Assembly: GCA_964016885.1 (NCBI GenBank)
Contig: CAXHJY010001450.1
Location: 5,729 to 69,728, forward strand
DNA: 64,000 bases
Source: Eledone cirrhosa
Lineage: Eukaryota
Reading direction: 5' to 3'
Part shown: piece by piece, positions 1 to 12,890 of the stretch
Layout of the letters: every line of letters begins with the position of its first letter
Numbering within the stretch: position 1 is the first letter of the stretch
The notes under the pieces: model-generated
What the model was told of the DNA's origin: nothing
The model's database searches: none
Seen by the model: only the letters and a program-made list of their open reading frames with translations
Program-made: the position numbers and the translations under genes

Positions 1-1152
1 GGGCATTGTATTGTAAATTTAATATTATCCAATATTGCATTCCTTTTTCAAGGCGATAGAGTGTAATTTGTGGGATATTTGGTTGCTTGTTCTAGCAGAT
101 CAAGTGACAACTTAAAGACGTCCTTCCTATTTATGCTACTTAAGATATTTTTTTTTCTTTCAAATCCCGCTTGAGTTAATTTCGCATTTCATCCAGCCGG
201 ATCGATAAATAGACGCTACTCAATCACTTGCGGCGATGTATTGGATATAATCGATTTTACACAACACCCACTCAAAATATATCTATACGCCTGATTCTAT
301 TTTGCTGATCCTTAACATCGTTTTATGACAAAAAGCGATTGATTCTATAATTTATCGTATATGGCTACTTAAAAGCTTCTGCACAATCGGAGTTACTTTC
401 TCTTATATTCTGTGTTCAAACTCCGTCAAACTAGATTTAACCTATCGTTGTACTTGAGTTGAAAAAAAGTGTTCCACGTTTGATCACCGCGTATTTTGTT
501 GCACGTCAACTATTTGCCCATAATAGTGAGAGATGGGCAGATCTGGAGAGACGGAGGCAGTGACAGTGGGAGTTTGGTTCCTTTGTGTTCGGACTTGGTG
601 TATATGTATATATTTCACAGACACACACTGACACTAATACTGAAATTATCTGAAACCAAACTGCCTGAAACCTCAACTATTACTACGTTGTCTAATGTTT
701 CGTTCTTTCTCTTAAGAAGGGGGTGTATAGATTGAGGGTTATTTGGCTGCTATATCTAGCAGAATAAGCGACTATGTCCAACGCTGCCTCGTTCGCTCAG
801 CCTCGTTATTTCCGTCTTTTAATTTTTTAATTTCAATTCGTACCGGATGTCGCATTTACCTGTCATCACTTCCGGGTCAATATAAAATTGGTGCACAACT
901 AAAAAACAAGAAATCAACAGAAACAAATACATTTAACAGATAATTGTTGTCTGAGACAACAACTACAACAATTACTACAACAACAACTACAACAATTACT
1001 ACAACAATTACTACAACAACAACAACGGTTACAAGAACAACTACTACAACAACAACTACTACAACATTGACAAAACCACCAAATTTACGGCCTTTCATGT
1101 TTTTATTACACTACTAACCCAACAGGAAATAATAAAAAAACGATATTTTTTC

Positions 1153-1192
<40 letters not shown>

Positions 1193-1526
1193 TTGAACCA
1201 ACTATGTTTACGGTTAGGGTCAAAAATATAACTTTTAGGCATAAATACGACAGTTTACAGGACAACAGATGAGATACGAACTAGAGATAACAACAGAAGG
1301 AGAAATATTAACATCAACTATTTGACCAGAAATATGTGAAGAAAAGAACTTTGAGAAATTATATTTATATTTTTATTTTTTGAGAAATTATATTAATATT
1401 TATATTTTTAACTGTTGGTCAATCAATGATAAACATTGATGGCCGGCTAATTTTTTTTTTTTTTTGTGTTTCACCTATATATTTATTATTAAGAGGTTTA
1501 TTTACAAAAGTTTATAACTTTGCCTA

Positions 1527-1797
1527 TTAATCCGTATGGTGAGGAAATGGGGTCCCACGTGCTGGCCTCCCCACAGCCCCGGCGGACAGGATGGAGAAGG
1601 CGTTTCCCCGGAGGACGGTAAGGGAGATGCGCTGGAAGAGCCATTCCAACTCGCGAGGCTCACACCTGCGGCTGGCCAGCTCAGCGCCTATGGTGGTCAA
1701 TAGGGAGGTAGCCCTAGGGCCAAGAACACCAGAAGTCTTCACTGCAAAGGGCACGACCGCGAACCTGTTGGAGAGCGACCAGTACTTGGAGTATTTA
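1527..1797 (-). mobile_element. CRE-clade non-LTR retrotransposon 3' fragment (C-terminus of restriction-like endonuclease region)
   Basis: GC-rich island translating to VPFAVKTSGVLG...PRELEWLFQRISLTVLRGNAFSILSA. This matches the P.AVET.G..G...WL.QRIS.AVQRGNA..IL C-terminal motif I recall for CRE elements. Confidence 0.65.
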
Positions 1798-1894
1798 TAG
1801 AAATAGTGAGTGCTTTACTATATTTTGGTAATATTAGGACATGTTCCTCCCCAAATATAACAATACATTATAATATTCTTACGGTATAAATAAT

Positions 1895-2080
1895 GGGTTC
1901 TTATATAGGCACAATGCCAGCAATTTGGGGGAGGGGAAAGTCGATTGAATCTACCCAGTGCGTGACTGGTACTTTATTTTATCGACCCCGTAAGGATGAA
2001 AGGCAAAGTTAACCACGGCGTGACTCTTTGCTGCAAAGCATGGCATCCGACCCTCTACCGATACTGCCAATCCACCGCCC
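1895..2080 (-). mobile_element. tRNA-derived SINE (family 1, Deu/Nin-like core), near full length, with target-site duplication (TSD)
   Basis: A-box TGGCAGTATCGG and core GCCTTTCATCCTTACGGGGTCGATAAAATAAAGTACCAG. Imperfect 19-bp TSD ttcttacg..ataaataat at 1876-1894 and 2081-2099. Confidence 0.85.
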
Positions 2081-3108
2081 TTCTTACGCCATAAATAATA
2101 CCACTGTATTCATCTGGGTTAAACTACACGAAAATCCCAGTTATTAATTCATGAACAAAACAACAATGTCCAGCAACGATCACAACAGCCATTACATACA
2201 TCATTAGGCTGCAGCGTTTATGATAGAGAATATTATCATGCTTAACTTAAACATATATGATAACTAATATATAACATGCGATATTGACAGTAATACAGCA
2301 ACAACAGCAATATCAACATCAACTACAACATCACCAACGACAACAGCATCAACTACTACACACTCGCCAGTAGCGACGTCTGCAACAAAATAAATATGGC
2401 CGATGGCATATGTTACATCAACTACATTAGCGTCATTAGTAATAACAATAACACCACCACCATCATCATCAACAACAACATCTACACCATCAACAACAAC
2501 ATCTACAACAGCAACAACAGCAACAGCAGCAACAACACTGCTCTTACTCGCACTAGGAAGACCACCAACATAAATACAACATTATCACCAGCATCAACAA
2601 AAACAACGACAATTATAGCAATGCTAACGTCAACCACCAACAGCAATACGTACAACAGTAAGAAGAACATCAACAAAGTTAATAATTAAGAAAAAAAAAC
2701 AAACTCCTACAACTATACAACAACAACAACAACAACACTACTAATACCAACAATGCTACATTGCATACACAACCACAAGCAATAACAACACACACACAAA
2801 AATGTCATCATTGGCCACTAGTGAAATTTAATTACAGTTCTCTTAGCTCAACACACGACACTTCATAACATATTGTCTATGACTCTTTTCTATTCATTAC
2901 GATGTTCATATTATTATTTCATCCTTTTGTAATCAAGAGACAATGAATGCTGCAGGTATGAAAAAGCAAAGAAAAGCTAAAATGTTAAAATTGAACGGAG
3001 GCTATTAGTTAAACTACAGAACGATCACTCCTACTTTCCTGACAGTGACGACCATAACAGAGACTTTGAAATAATTTCTTGATTTACATGATTACGTCAG
3101 CTTAGTTA

Positions 3109-3183
<75 letters not shown>

Positions 3184-3338
3184 TAGATAGACACATATAT
3201 ACACATAGATACATGTATGTGTGTAATACACACACAAACATACACACACATATATATATATATATAGATAGATAGATAGATAGATAGATATATACGCATA
3301 AATACTTGTATATGTACACACACAAACACATATGTATG

Positions 3339-3386
<48 letters not shown>

Positions 3387-3480
3387 TAGGCACAAAATAT
3401 ATGCATTAATAAATACCTACACATACCAAAGTTACATGCATATATAGACACATACATACATACATACATATATACATGCC

Positions 3481-3533
<53 letters not shown>

Positions 3534-3608
3534 GTTATATATACATTAGTTATATATATATATATGAATAGGGAGACACAAAGCAGGCTTATATATATGT
3601 ATGCATAT

Positions 3609-3798
3609 ATAACAAAGAAGGTGTGGTAAGAAACCAGGTGGACCGTAACGCACCAGAGTACTCGATACTTAGGGTAGTAGAGTGGGTAATAGGAAAAGAG
3701 TCATGACCCCGACGGCAGAGTTCCGGCCGTTTCGACAGCTAGTTCGAATATAGCTGTTGAAACGGCTGGAGCTCAGCCGTCGGGGTCCTGACTATTTT
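3609..3798. mobile_element. Fold-back element family B
   Basis: Inverted arms around agctagttcgaatatagct with a one-sided tail. Homologous to 9456-9632, 9876-10090, 43150-43279 and 62531-62625. Confidence 0.75.
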
Positions 3799-3835
3799 CA
3801 CACATACACGCACACATATATATTGTATATATATA

Positions 3836-3867
<32 letters not shown>

Positions 3868-4006
3868 TGTATATATTGTATATATATTGTATATATTGTA
3901 TATATATTGTATATATTGTATATATTGTATATATATTGTATATATAAAGTACCAGTAATGCATTGGGTAATTGCTGGCCTTGTGCCTAAAGTAGAAACAA
4001 TTATAT

Positions 4007-4081
<75 letters not shown>

Positions 4082-4430
4082 CACACATATATAGACACAT
4101 GATAATAAAGCCAAACAATATATACATATGAACACATTATTGGATGGCCGTTGACTCTCCTGAGTTTCTTTGCCTTTTGTCAGGGGGTCTAAAATCACTC
4201 TTCTCACCAACCAAGCTTGGTGCGGTCGTCGACGACCTTACCATGCGACTGTTTGTACTGGGTAACATGTTATCAGTAAGCACTCGGGGGGCGACATGAC
4301 ATAACATACATACCTACCTTCATATCTACATATATACGTGCGTATTTGTAAAAGGTGGATACATTAGAGAAAAAAAACAAGTTTGAATAGAAAGCAAAGA
4401 AAAAAGGAAGCAAAACTTCATCAAAGACTG

Positions 4431-4471
<41 letters not shown>

Positions 4472-4511
4472 ACACACCCACACCACACACACATTTATAT
4501 ATGTTCTCCCT

Positions 4512-4551
<40 letters not shown>

Positions 4552-4630
4552 TCCCTCAATATATATATTTATATATATATATTCTCTCAATATATATATT
4601 TATATATATATATAGTGAGAAAGAAAGACG

Positions 4631-4666
<36 letters not shown>

Positions 4667-5047
4667 TATAGATAGATAGATAAATAAATAGCTATCTAGT
4701 TAGATAGATTGATGTATTTTATACGATATAAAAGAAGTGATGAAACAAGGATCAAACATAAAAGAGTAAGATCCATTCTTTCTCTCACCACTATCATAAA
4801 GAATGATAAAAAAATATCGTTGTGTAGAAAAATAAAAGCCAGAGAATATACTATGAATACATGTATATGAAATGAGGAGCAGAACAAGTTATTAATGCCA
4901 ACAGAGGATAGGTTATAATTGAATAGATTGATAAAAACATGGAGATGTAGGGCTGAGAATGTTTATGGCGACAAAACATTTGACAGATGTTCGCATAAAA
5001 TACCGAACTTCTAGCTATGGCTATATATGTACAAATGCATAGAAGTG

Positions 5048-5104
<57 letters not shown>

Positions 5105-5125
5105 GTATAAGTATGTGTATATATA

Positions 5126-5182
<57 letters not shown>

Positions 5183-5295
5183 ATACATATATATATGCGT
5201 GTGTGTGTGTGTGTGTATAAGTATGTGTATATATATATGTGTGTGTGTGTGTATACATATATATGTGTGTGTATATATATATGTATATATATGTG

Positions 5296-5427
<132 letters not shown>

Positions 5428-5934
5428 TATGTGTATGTATATACAGTATATATACATACATATATCTATGGGTAAAAATATATATGTCCATCCACCATCC
5501 ACCATTCACCATTCATATCACAGCTTAATAGCATTAAAGAATAAAGTGTTATAATATGAATACCAGGCAAAAGTGTGTTTCAGACAACCGCTGTATCTGC
5601 CATTGTCAATAAGAACACTGAAGATAGTTTATGACACTCTTCTTCTTATCATGTCCACACTTATAACTGTTGCTTGTGGTGGTCATAGGATAAGCAGTAT
5701 CTTATCATTACTCCCAGAACCACGGCGTGGACGCTCTGGTGTACTCTTTCCAATTGTGCAATGGTTTTCATTGTATAAAAGTGAAAGGTTTTAAAAGTCT
5801 GTCGTGTTTGTCGTTGAGGTTTCTCCGTTCCTCTAAACCCCACTGTTTCGTATTTTATATAAACTCTCTTACTGATTCCTTATAAATATACCTATGTATA
5901 TAAATATAAATCTATCTATCTAACTATCTCTTTT

Positions 5935-5983
<49 letters not shown>

Positions 5984-5986
<3 letters not shown>

Positions 5987-6388
5987 GATATTAAATAAAT
6001 GGAAACTATATTTATAAAACCATATTTATTTCATTATATATATTTCAGGGATATCATATTAAAAATATGTTATGCCTTCTTCAGACAAAATACAATATAA
6101 ACAGTCTTATAAATAGATAGATTCGACATACCTTTCAACTTCGACTTCTATTTGAAAAGTTGATTTGGTATCTATTTATAAGACTGTTTATATTGTATTT
6201 TGTCTGAAGAAGGCATAACATATTTTTAATATGATATCCCTGAAATATATATAATGAAATAAATATGGTTTTATAAATATAGTTTCCATTTATTTAATAT
6301 CGTAAATATACTCCAAATACTTGTTGAGTGCTTTTATATCAGTTATAAATATTTACTCGTTGTTAACCCAACAATTTAAATAAAACTT

Positions 6389-6392
<4 letters not shown>
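5984..6392. mobile_element. Fold-back PLE-like element family A in (TA)n
   Basis: 136-bp arms at 5984-6119 and 6169-6304 are exact reverse complements. 49-bp spacer, tail 6305-6392, (TA)n on both sides. Confidence 0.85.
6196..6261 (+). ncRNA. Minimal type I hammerhead ribozyme (family A; mirror copy 6027-6092 on -)
   Basis: TATTTTGT-CTGAAGA-[hairpin]-GAAA-TATATA-TA^ATGAAATA. Helix I is 8 bp including G-U pairs. Confidence 0.7.
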
Positions 6393-6459
<67 letters not shown>

Positions 6460-6574
6460 ATGTATATAATGTATTTAATGCGTAGAAATATCCATGATCC
6501 CCAGCAGACAACTGATTAAGGAAAGTTTCCTCCCGTTCATGCTTTCCTCTTATTCATAAGTGCACCTTATCCAG

Positions 6575-6638
<64 letters not shown>

Positions 6639-6755
6639 TAGGTATATATATATATATAAGTTATTCCGGGTTCAAATGACCTCCACCCCTCCCAATCCCC
6701 ACCCTCTCCTACCACCAGAAAAGATATAAATACCACCATATTTACTTGGACAGTC

Positions 6756-6807
6756 AGCTTCCTGATGATTTCTCACGAAAGAAACGGGTTCTAGTCCTGT
6801 AGAAGCT
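6756..6807 (+). ncRNA. Full three-helix type I hammerhead ribozyme
   Basis: AGCTTC-CTGATGA-TTTC tcac GAAA-GAAA-CGGG ttctagt CCTG-TA^GAAGCT. All three helices pair, with predicted GUA cleavage after 6801. A diverged copy lies at 63595-63641 (-). Confidence 0.8.
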
Positions 6808-6922
6808 TTTCTATATGAAATATATATATATACATATATATATAATTGAGTAAAATTACAGAAGGCCAGACTGGTGAAATTCCTTCAAAGATTTATTATA
6901 GCAAACACTATGTACATTTCAG

Positions 6923-7093
6923 GAGTATCGGTAGAGGGTCGGACGCCATGCTTTCCAGCATAGTTACGTCCCTTTATGATCTGAGTTCAAATCCCGCCGA
7001 GGTTGACTTTGCCTTTCATCCTTACGGGGTCGATAAAATAAAGTACCAGTAATGCACTGGGTGATTGCTGGCCTTGTGCCTAAAGTAGAAACA
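6923..7093 (+). mobile_element. SINE family 1 with perfect 16-bp TSD, inserted in a family D-like element
   Basis: TSD actatgtacatttcag at 6907-6922 and 7094-7109; B-box GAGTTCAAATCC. Confidence 0.9.
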
Positions 7094-7148
7094 ACTATGT
7101 ACATTTCAGTGACCAAATTCCGTAAGATCCTGGTGACATCATCAGTTG
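7092..7148 (-). ncRNA. Minimal hammerhead motif (family D-like)
   Basis: Reverse complement reads CTGATGA-TGTCACCAGG...TTTGGTCACT-GAAAT-GTAC-ATA^GT, with palindromic loop III GTAC. Confidence 0.55.
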
Positions 7149-7559
7149 TTTATTGCATAAAAGTTATATAATACAGGAATAATGGTAAACACAATCCAAG
7201 AGGCGAAAAAATCTGTTTTTGACTCGAAGGCGGTCATGGCCAGTTGTCAGTTTGGCTGACCACCTTATATATATATTCATTACGTTAAGGGTAAACAGTG
7301 ATCCTTGTCCCCTGTATATCAAGGGGAGATCAGGCAAGAACGCTCGGAGATCTTTTGACTAATGGCATGGAAAGACACTCGGTTTGTAGAGCACTCTAGG
7401 CACACACCCACCCATACACACACACACATATATATATATATAAAGTAGTAATAATATAGTTTCAGAAGATCCCGTTAAGGGTGAAAGCAGCAATTCTTTG
7501 CTTAAACTATAATCTGTTATTTTAATATATATATATTTAAAAAAATATATATATATATA

Positions 7560-7835
7560 AAATAACAGTAGGCTGGACTAGAGTAATTCCTTAAAAGGTT
7601 TATTATACTATGATCATTTCAATGACCGGGTTCAGTATGAATCCGGTGACATCATCAGGTATTAGAAATATAACAAAGGAATATAATAGACAAAATCCAT
7701 GGGGCTGAAAAATCAGAGACATAAGGGCAACCGAACAATTAGCATCTTCTATCACGATCGGCCGCCCTCAATAATATTACATCGAGGTTGACATACGGAA
7801 TGACCAGTTCAATCCAGCGGTGAACCAACAAACCT
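7560..7835 (-). mobile_element. PLE-like element family D with HHR at 7605-7662
   Basis: Reverse complement reads ATAC-CTGATGA-TGTCACCGG ATTCA tac TGAAC CCGGTCATT-GAAAT GATC ATA^GTAT. Homologous to 42645-43126. Confidence 0.75.
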
Positions 7836-7860
7836 AAATATATATATATATATATATATA

Positions 7861-8082
7861 TGTAGGAGGTGAGTTTTATTGTAGTACAATAAAGCAATGC
7901 AGATATCGGATAAGAAGCACTCTACAGTTTGTAGGACTGGAGTATGCATAATATAAGATCAAAAGATGGTTAAAGGAGTTCCATGTATTTTATTATGCGC
8001 ATTTCAAAAACAAACATCATCATGCAATAATATTTGTGTTTTCATCAGATAAAACAGGAGAACATATTGATCTTATATTATA
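7861..8082 (-). mobile_element. PLE-like element family E with HHR at 7988-8054
   Basis: Homologous to 12067-12262 and 22172-22450. Ends in a short inverted terminus tgatcttatattat and is flanked by TA. Confidence 0.75.
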
Positions 8083-8101
8083 TATATATATATATATATA
8101 T

Positions 8102-8561
8102 ACATGTAAAGTTATATTTAAAATTGTTGGGTTACAACTAGTAAATATTTATAACTGATATAAAAGCACTCGACAAATACTTGGAGTATATTTACAATAT
8201 TAAATAAATGGAAAACTATATTTATAAAACCATATTTATTTCATTATATATATTTCGGGGATATCATATTAACAATATGCTATGCCTTCATCAGACAAAA
8301 TACAATATAAACAGTTTTATAGATAAATATATTCGACATACCGTAATAAACATCAACTTCATTTGAAGAGGTTCACTCTAGCAGTGAACCTCTTCAAATG
8401 AAGTTGATGTTTATTACGGTATGTCGAATATATTTATCTATAAAACTGTTTATATTGTATTTTGTCTGATGAAGGCATAGCATATTGTTAATATGATATC
8501 CCCGAAATATATATAATGAAATAAATATGGTTTTATAAATATAGTTTTCCATTTATTTAAT

Positions 8562-8567
<6 letters not shown>
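8102..8567. mobile_element. Fold-back family A element; HHRs at 8237-8302 (-) and 8458-8523 (+)
   Basis: 185-bp perfect arms at 8193-8377 and 8383-8567 with a 5-nt loop CTAGC. Tail 8102-8192. Confidence 0.88.
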
Positions 8568-8598
<31 letters not shown>

Positions 8599-8844
8599 CA
8601 ATAACAGATTATATATATATATATATCTACATATATATGTGTGTATACAGAGATATAAAGTTGACACCAGGCAGACAGGCAGACACGTGACGAAGGAGGT
8701 AGAATGCTGTTGAGATTGTGGCTCTTTGTTTTTGTTTTTATTGTTGTTGTTGTTGTTGTTGTTGTCGTCGGTGGTGGTTTTGAGGTGTAGTTGATGGTGG
8801 TTGTTACGTAGCAATGGTCGGGTGTGGGGAAGAGCATGAAACGG

Positions 8845-9005
8845 AAGGGTGGTGGGTATGGAGGGTCGTTGGTACGAAGAGTAATGGGTATGGAGGGTGG
8901 TGGCTATGGAGGGTGGTGGCTACGAAGAGTGGTGGGTACGAAGGGTTGTGGGTATGGAGGGTGGTGGGTATGGAGGGTGGTGGGTACGAACAGTGGTGGG
9001 TATGA
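8845..9005. repeat. G-rich ~20-bp minisatellite (ggtggtgggtatggagggt-like)
   Basis: About 8 tandem units seen directly. Confidence 0.8.
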
Positions 9006-9420
9006 TGGTAGAGATAAAAGTGGGATGTGGTTTTACATAAAACTTACCGTGAAAAGAAGGCGGAGGCAAAAGGAAGAGATAAGAACGTGGGGAGGAGTAG
9101 AAGAGGGGTCGGTTTAAACTTGATGTCTGTTAATCGGTGTGGCTGGGTGGATTGGTGTATTTGGGTGTGTTAGTGCCTGTGTGTGTGTGTGTATGTGTGT
9201 ATGTATGTTAGTGCCTGTGTGTGTGTGTGTGTGTATTTGTGTGTGTGTGTGAGTGTGTGTGTACGTATGTGTGTATGTACACTTATGCATAGATGTATAT
9301 ACACACACACACATATATAGATGGTTAGATGGACATCTAGATGCGTATATGTGACTATATATATATACATATATACTTTTATGCATACATGTAAACACAT
9401 ACACACACACACACACGCAC

Positions 9421-9455
<35 letters not shown>

Positions 9456-9462
<7 letters not shown>

Positions 9463-9627
9463 GAGGAGTTGCGGTAATAAACCAGATGGACCATAACGCA
9501 CCAGAGTACTCAATACTTAGGGCAGTAGAGTGGGTAATAGGAAAAAGTATGATCCCAACGGCAGAGCTCAAGCCATTCCAGAAATAACCGTCGAAACGGC
9601 ATGAGCTCTGCCGTTGGAGTCATACTT

Positions 9628-9632
<5 letters not shown>
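9456..9632. mobile_element. Fold-back family B copy (diverged)
   Basis: Same tail and arm sequence as 9876-10090 with more mismatches. Confidence 0.7.
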
Positions 9633-9675
<43 letters not shown>

Positions 9676-9875
9676 CATGTGCGTGTGTATTAAGTTTGAC
9701 ACGATGAAGTTTAACTTTGAACGTTTTTATTCATCATCGACCGTTACGTACGTTTCACAGATGAATGGCTCAAGTTTCGTATGGATGATAGACTTGACCC
9801 CAGTATCGATCTATTCTTTCGTCGTGGTCATTCGGCTAAAAACAATTTACCTCTCTGGGCATCCTTCCTCCTCAT

Positions 9876-10090
9876 ATAACAAAGAAGGTGTGGTAAGATA
9901 CCAGGTGGACCATAACGCACCAGAGTACTCGATACTTGGGGTAGTAGAGTGGATAATAGGAAAAGAGTCAGGACCCCGACGGCTGAGCTCCGGCCGTTTC
10001 GTCAGCTAGAGCCGACACTGGTGGCTTAGTTCGGATCTAGCTGTCGAAACGGCCGGAGCTCAGCCGTCGGGGTCCTGACTCTTTTCCTAT
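9876..10090. mobile_element. Fold-back family B copy
   Basis: Arms at about 9956-10015 and 10031-10090 are near-perfect. Tail 9876-9955; ends cctat|(AT)n. Confidence 0.8.
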
Positions 10091-10099
10091 ATATATATA

Positions 10100-10303
10100 A
10101 AAAGACCGATCGACTTTCGTCCAATCGGACCGAGGGAACAATGTTTCCGTTGGTCTTTCCAATTGCTAATACTATCTATCGGTCGCAACTCCAGGTAGAA
10201 GGAGCAACGTGAAATAAAGTGTCTTGCTCAAGGACATAACGCATCGCCTGGTCCAGGAATCGAACTCACAACCTTACGATTGCGAATCCAATTCTCTAAC
10301 CAT
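10100..10303 (-). mobile_element. tRNA-derived SINE family 2
   Basis: Reverse complement has TGGTTAG...GAGTTCGATTCC boxes and a GTCCTTGAGCAAGACACTTTA core. Homologous to 43612-43810. Confidence 0.75.
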
Positions 10304-10394
<91 letters not shown>

Positions 10395-10493
10395 AATGAA
10401 AATATAGAAATTATTGTGAGCAAGAAGCCAACAGTATTTCATAATATATATGCACAAAAGAAAAAAGGCAGATATATATATATAAAGACGTAC

Positions 10494-10528
<35 letters not shown>

Positions 10529-10529
10529 A

Positions 10530-10570
<41 letters not shown>

Positions 10571-10639
10571 TGTGTGTGTGTGTATGTCTGTGTGTGTGTG
10601 TGTGTAATTTTAGTTTTTACAGGTCAATAGTTAGTGTCA

Positions 10640-11460
10640 TAGTCGTCATCACCAGCTTCATTATCATCATCATGTATCGTCTGTCATTCATATCCCCCTC
10701 CTCCTCCCCCTTCTTTTCCTCTTATCATCGTCTCCACCACCACCATCATCATCACCATCACCATCATCATCGTCATCATCGTCACCACCACCACCATCAT
10801 CGTCATCATCGTCACCACCACCACCATCGCCGCCACCATCTTCATCATCATCAAAGTCTCCACCACCACCTTCGTCACCACTACCACCAACACCACTGCC
10901 CCCACCACCACCATCATCATCATCATCCACATCATCATCGTCATTGTTGTCATCGCCGCCGTCACCATCATCACTGTTAGTCGTGGAAGTTTGTTACAAT
11001 TATTTATGAATCGATCGATGGGGAAGTCCTGACACTAAATGTTCATTACGTATGTTGAAAGTACTCTCCCACCACCACCACCACCACCACCACCACGATC
11101 ACCACTATCACCACTATCACCATCATCAGCACCACCATCAGCAGTACCACCACCACCACCATCACTCCCACCACTATCACCATCATCAGCACCACCATCA
11201 GCACCACCACCACCACGATCACCACCACCACGACGACGACGACCACCACCACCACGATCACCACGATCACCACCACCACGATCACCACCACCATCACCAC
11301 CACGATCACCACCGCCACCACCACCACCACGATCACCACCACCACCACCACGATCACCACCACCACAACCACGATCACCACCACCACCACCACCACGATC
11401 ACCACCACGATCACCACCACCACCACCACCACGATTACCATCATCAGCCGCCGAATCAGC
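10640..11460. repeat. (CAT/CAC/CGA)n trinucleotide low-complexity tracts
   Basis: Seen directly; these generate the poly-His, poly-Pro and poly-Val ORFs. Confidence 0.9.
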
Positions 11461-11772
11461 ATCAGCAGTTTTGTTAAGCCATGATTAATTACAACAACAG
11501 CAACAACAACAAAAGCCATACCAACAACATCAACAACATGTTTATAGACGGGTAAAAATAACTACAACAGCATCAGAAGCCACAACAACAACAGCAACAG
11601 CAACAGCATGATTATAGACAGTCGAAAATAACAACAACAACAACATCAGAAACAAGACTAACAGCAATAACAGAAACAAGAACGACAATCGTAATAAATA
11701 TCTCAACCCAAAGAGCAACATTTGTTTGGCTCATTAGGGTGTGCCCTGTGTGGGCCACAAACCTTTTAAAAC

Positions 11773-11830
<58 letters not shown>

Positions 11831-11832
<2 letters not shown>

Positions 11833-11990
11833 AGGGCGGGTAAAATTCACGAGATCCATGGACGAGTTCTCTCCAGCGGTCTCTGTCCCTCATTATCGCT
11901 GCCATGTCCTGCGTCTCCAACAGACCAGTGTCTGTCCTTAGGGCATCAACATACGTTAACCTTGGTCTTCCTCTTCCAGTGTGTGCATGG
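11831..11990 (-). mobile_element. RTE-type LINE 3' fragment (second copy 14770-14915)
   Basis: Reverse complement translates to GRGRPRLTYVDALRTDTGL...MRDRDRWRELV...*, a typical RTE C-terminus. Confidence 0.7.
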
Positions 11991-12005
11991 CCCCTCAAGT
12001 ATATT

Positions 12006-12070
<65 letters not shown>

Positions 12071-12154
12071 GGAGGTGAGTTTTATTGTAGTACATGTTGA
12101 TTTAAAACTGCACTATCCACAAGTGTTTTTTAACCTTCATATCATGTTCTCCTG

Positions 12155-12221
12155 TTTTATCTGATGAAAACACAAATATTATTGCATGATGATGTTTGTT
12201 TTTGAAATGCGCATAATAAAA
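12155..12221 (+). ncRNA. Minimal hammerhead ribozyme (family E)
   Basis: TTTTAT-CTGATGA-[AAAC ACAAATATTAT...GATGTTTGT TTTT]-GAAAT-GCGC-ATA^ATAAAA. Confidence 0.75.
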
Positions 12222-12299
12222 TACATGGAACTCCTTTAACCATCTTTTGATCTTATACTATATATATATATGTATATATATGTATAATATACTTGAGGG

Positions 12300-12890
12300 C
12301 CATGCACAAATAAAACGAAATCAAATGTTGGCCTATATAAAAAAAAGTCCATCCCTTTCAAATTGTTGGCCTTGTGCTTGTGCCTAAATCACAAACTATT
12401 ATTAATAACCACCAAGGGCAGTGATTTGGCAGAATCAGTAGAGCAACATGCTTTGCAGTATTGAGTTAAGTCTCTCTACGTTCTGAGTTCAAATCCTGCC
12501 GAGGTTAGTTTTGCCTTTCATTCTTACGAGGTCGATACAATAAAGTACCAGTAACACACTGAGGTCGATTTAATTGAATTTCCCCTCTCCCAAAATTGTG
12601 GACTTTGTGCTTAAATCAGAAACCATGGCAATATCGGTGGAGGGTCGGATGCTATGCTTTCCACCATAGTTACGTCCCTTTACGGTCTGAGTTCAAATCC
12701 CGCCGAGGTTCACTTTGCCTTTCATCCTTACGGGGGTCGATAAAATAAAGTACCAGTAATGTATTGGATATTGCTGGCCTTGGGCCAAAAGTAGAAACCA
12801 TTATTTGACAGGTACTATATTTTACCGGCCGGCCGCGGAAGGATAAAAGGCGAAGGGGAGACCAGGGCGGGATTTGAACTCAGAATATAA
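12300..12890. mobile_element. Cluster of SINE family 1 copies (12415-12625 +, 12627-12803 +, degenerate - copy to ~12890)
   Basis: Repeated B-box and core motifs. Confidence 0.8.

Noticed and set aside
5560-5845. Tc1-like transposase remnant (similar hint at 25560-25700)
   Set aside because: Only vague RPRRG and HTH-like similarity with many stops; it cannot be supported without a search.
10534-11519. Poly-His and Pro-rich ORFs resembling cephalopod histidine-rich proteins or extensins
   Set aside because: They are trinucleotide tracts open in several frames on both strands, with no signal peptide or splice context.
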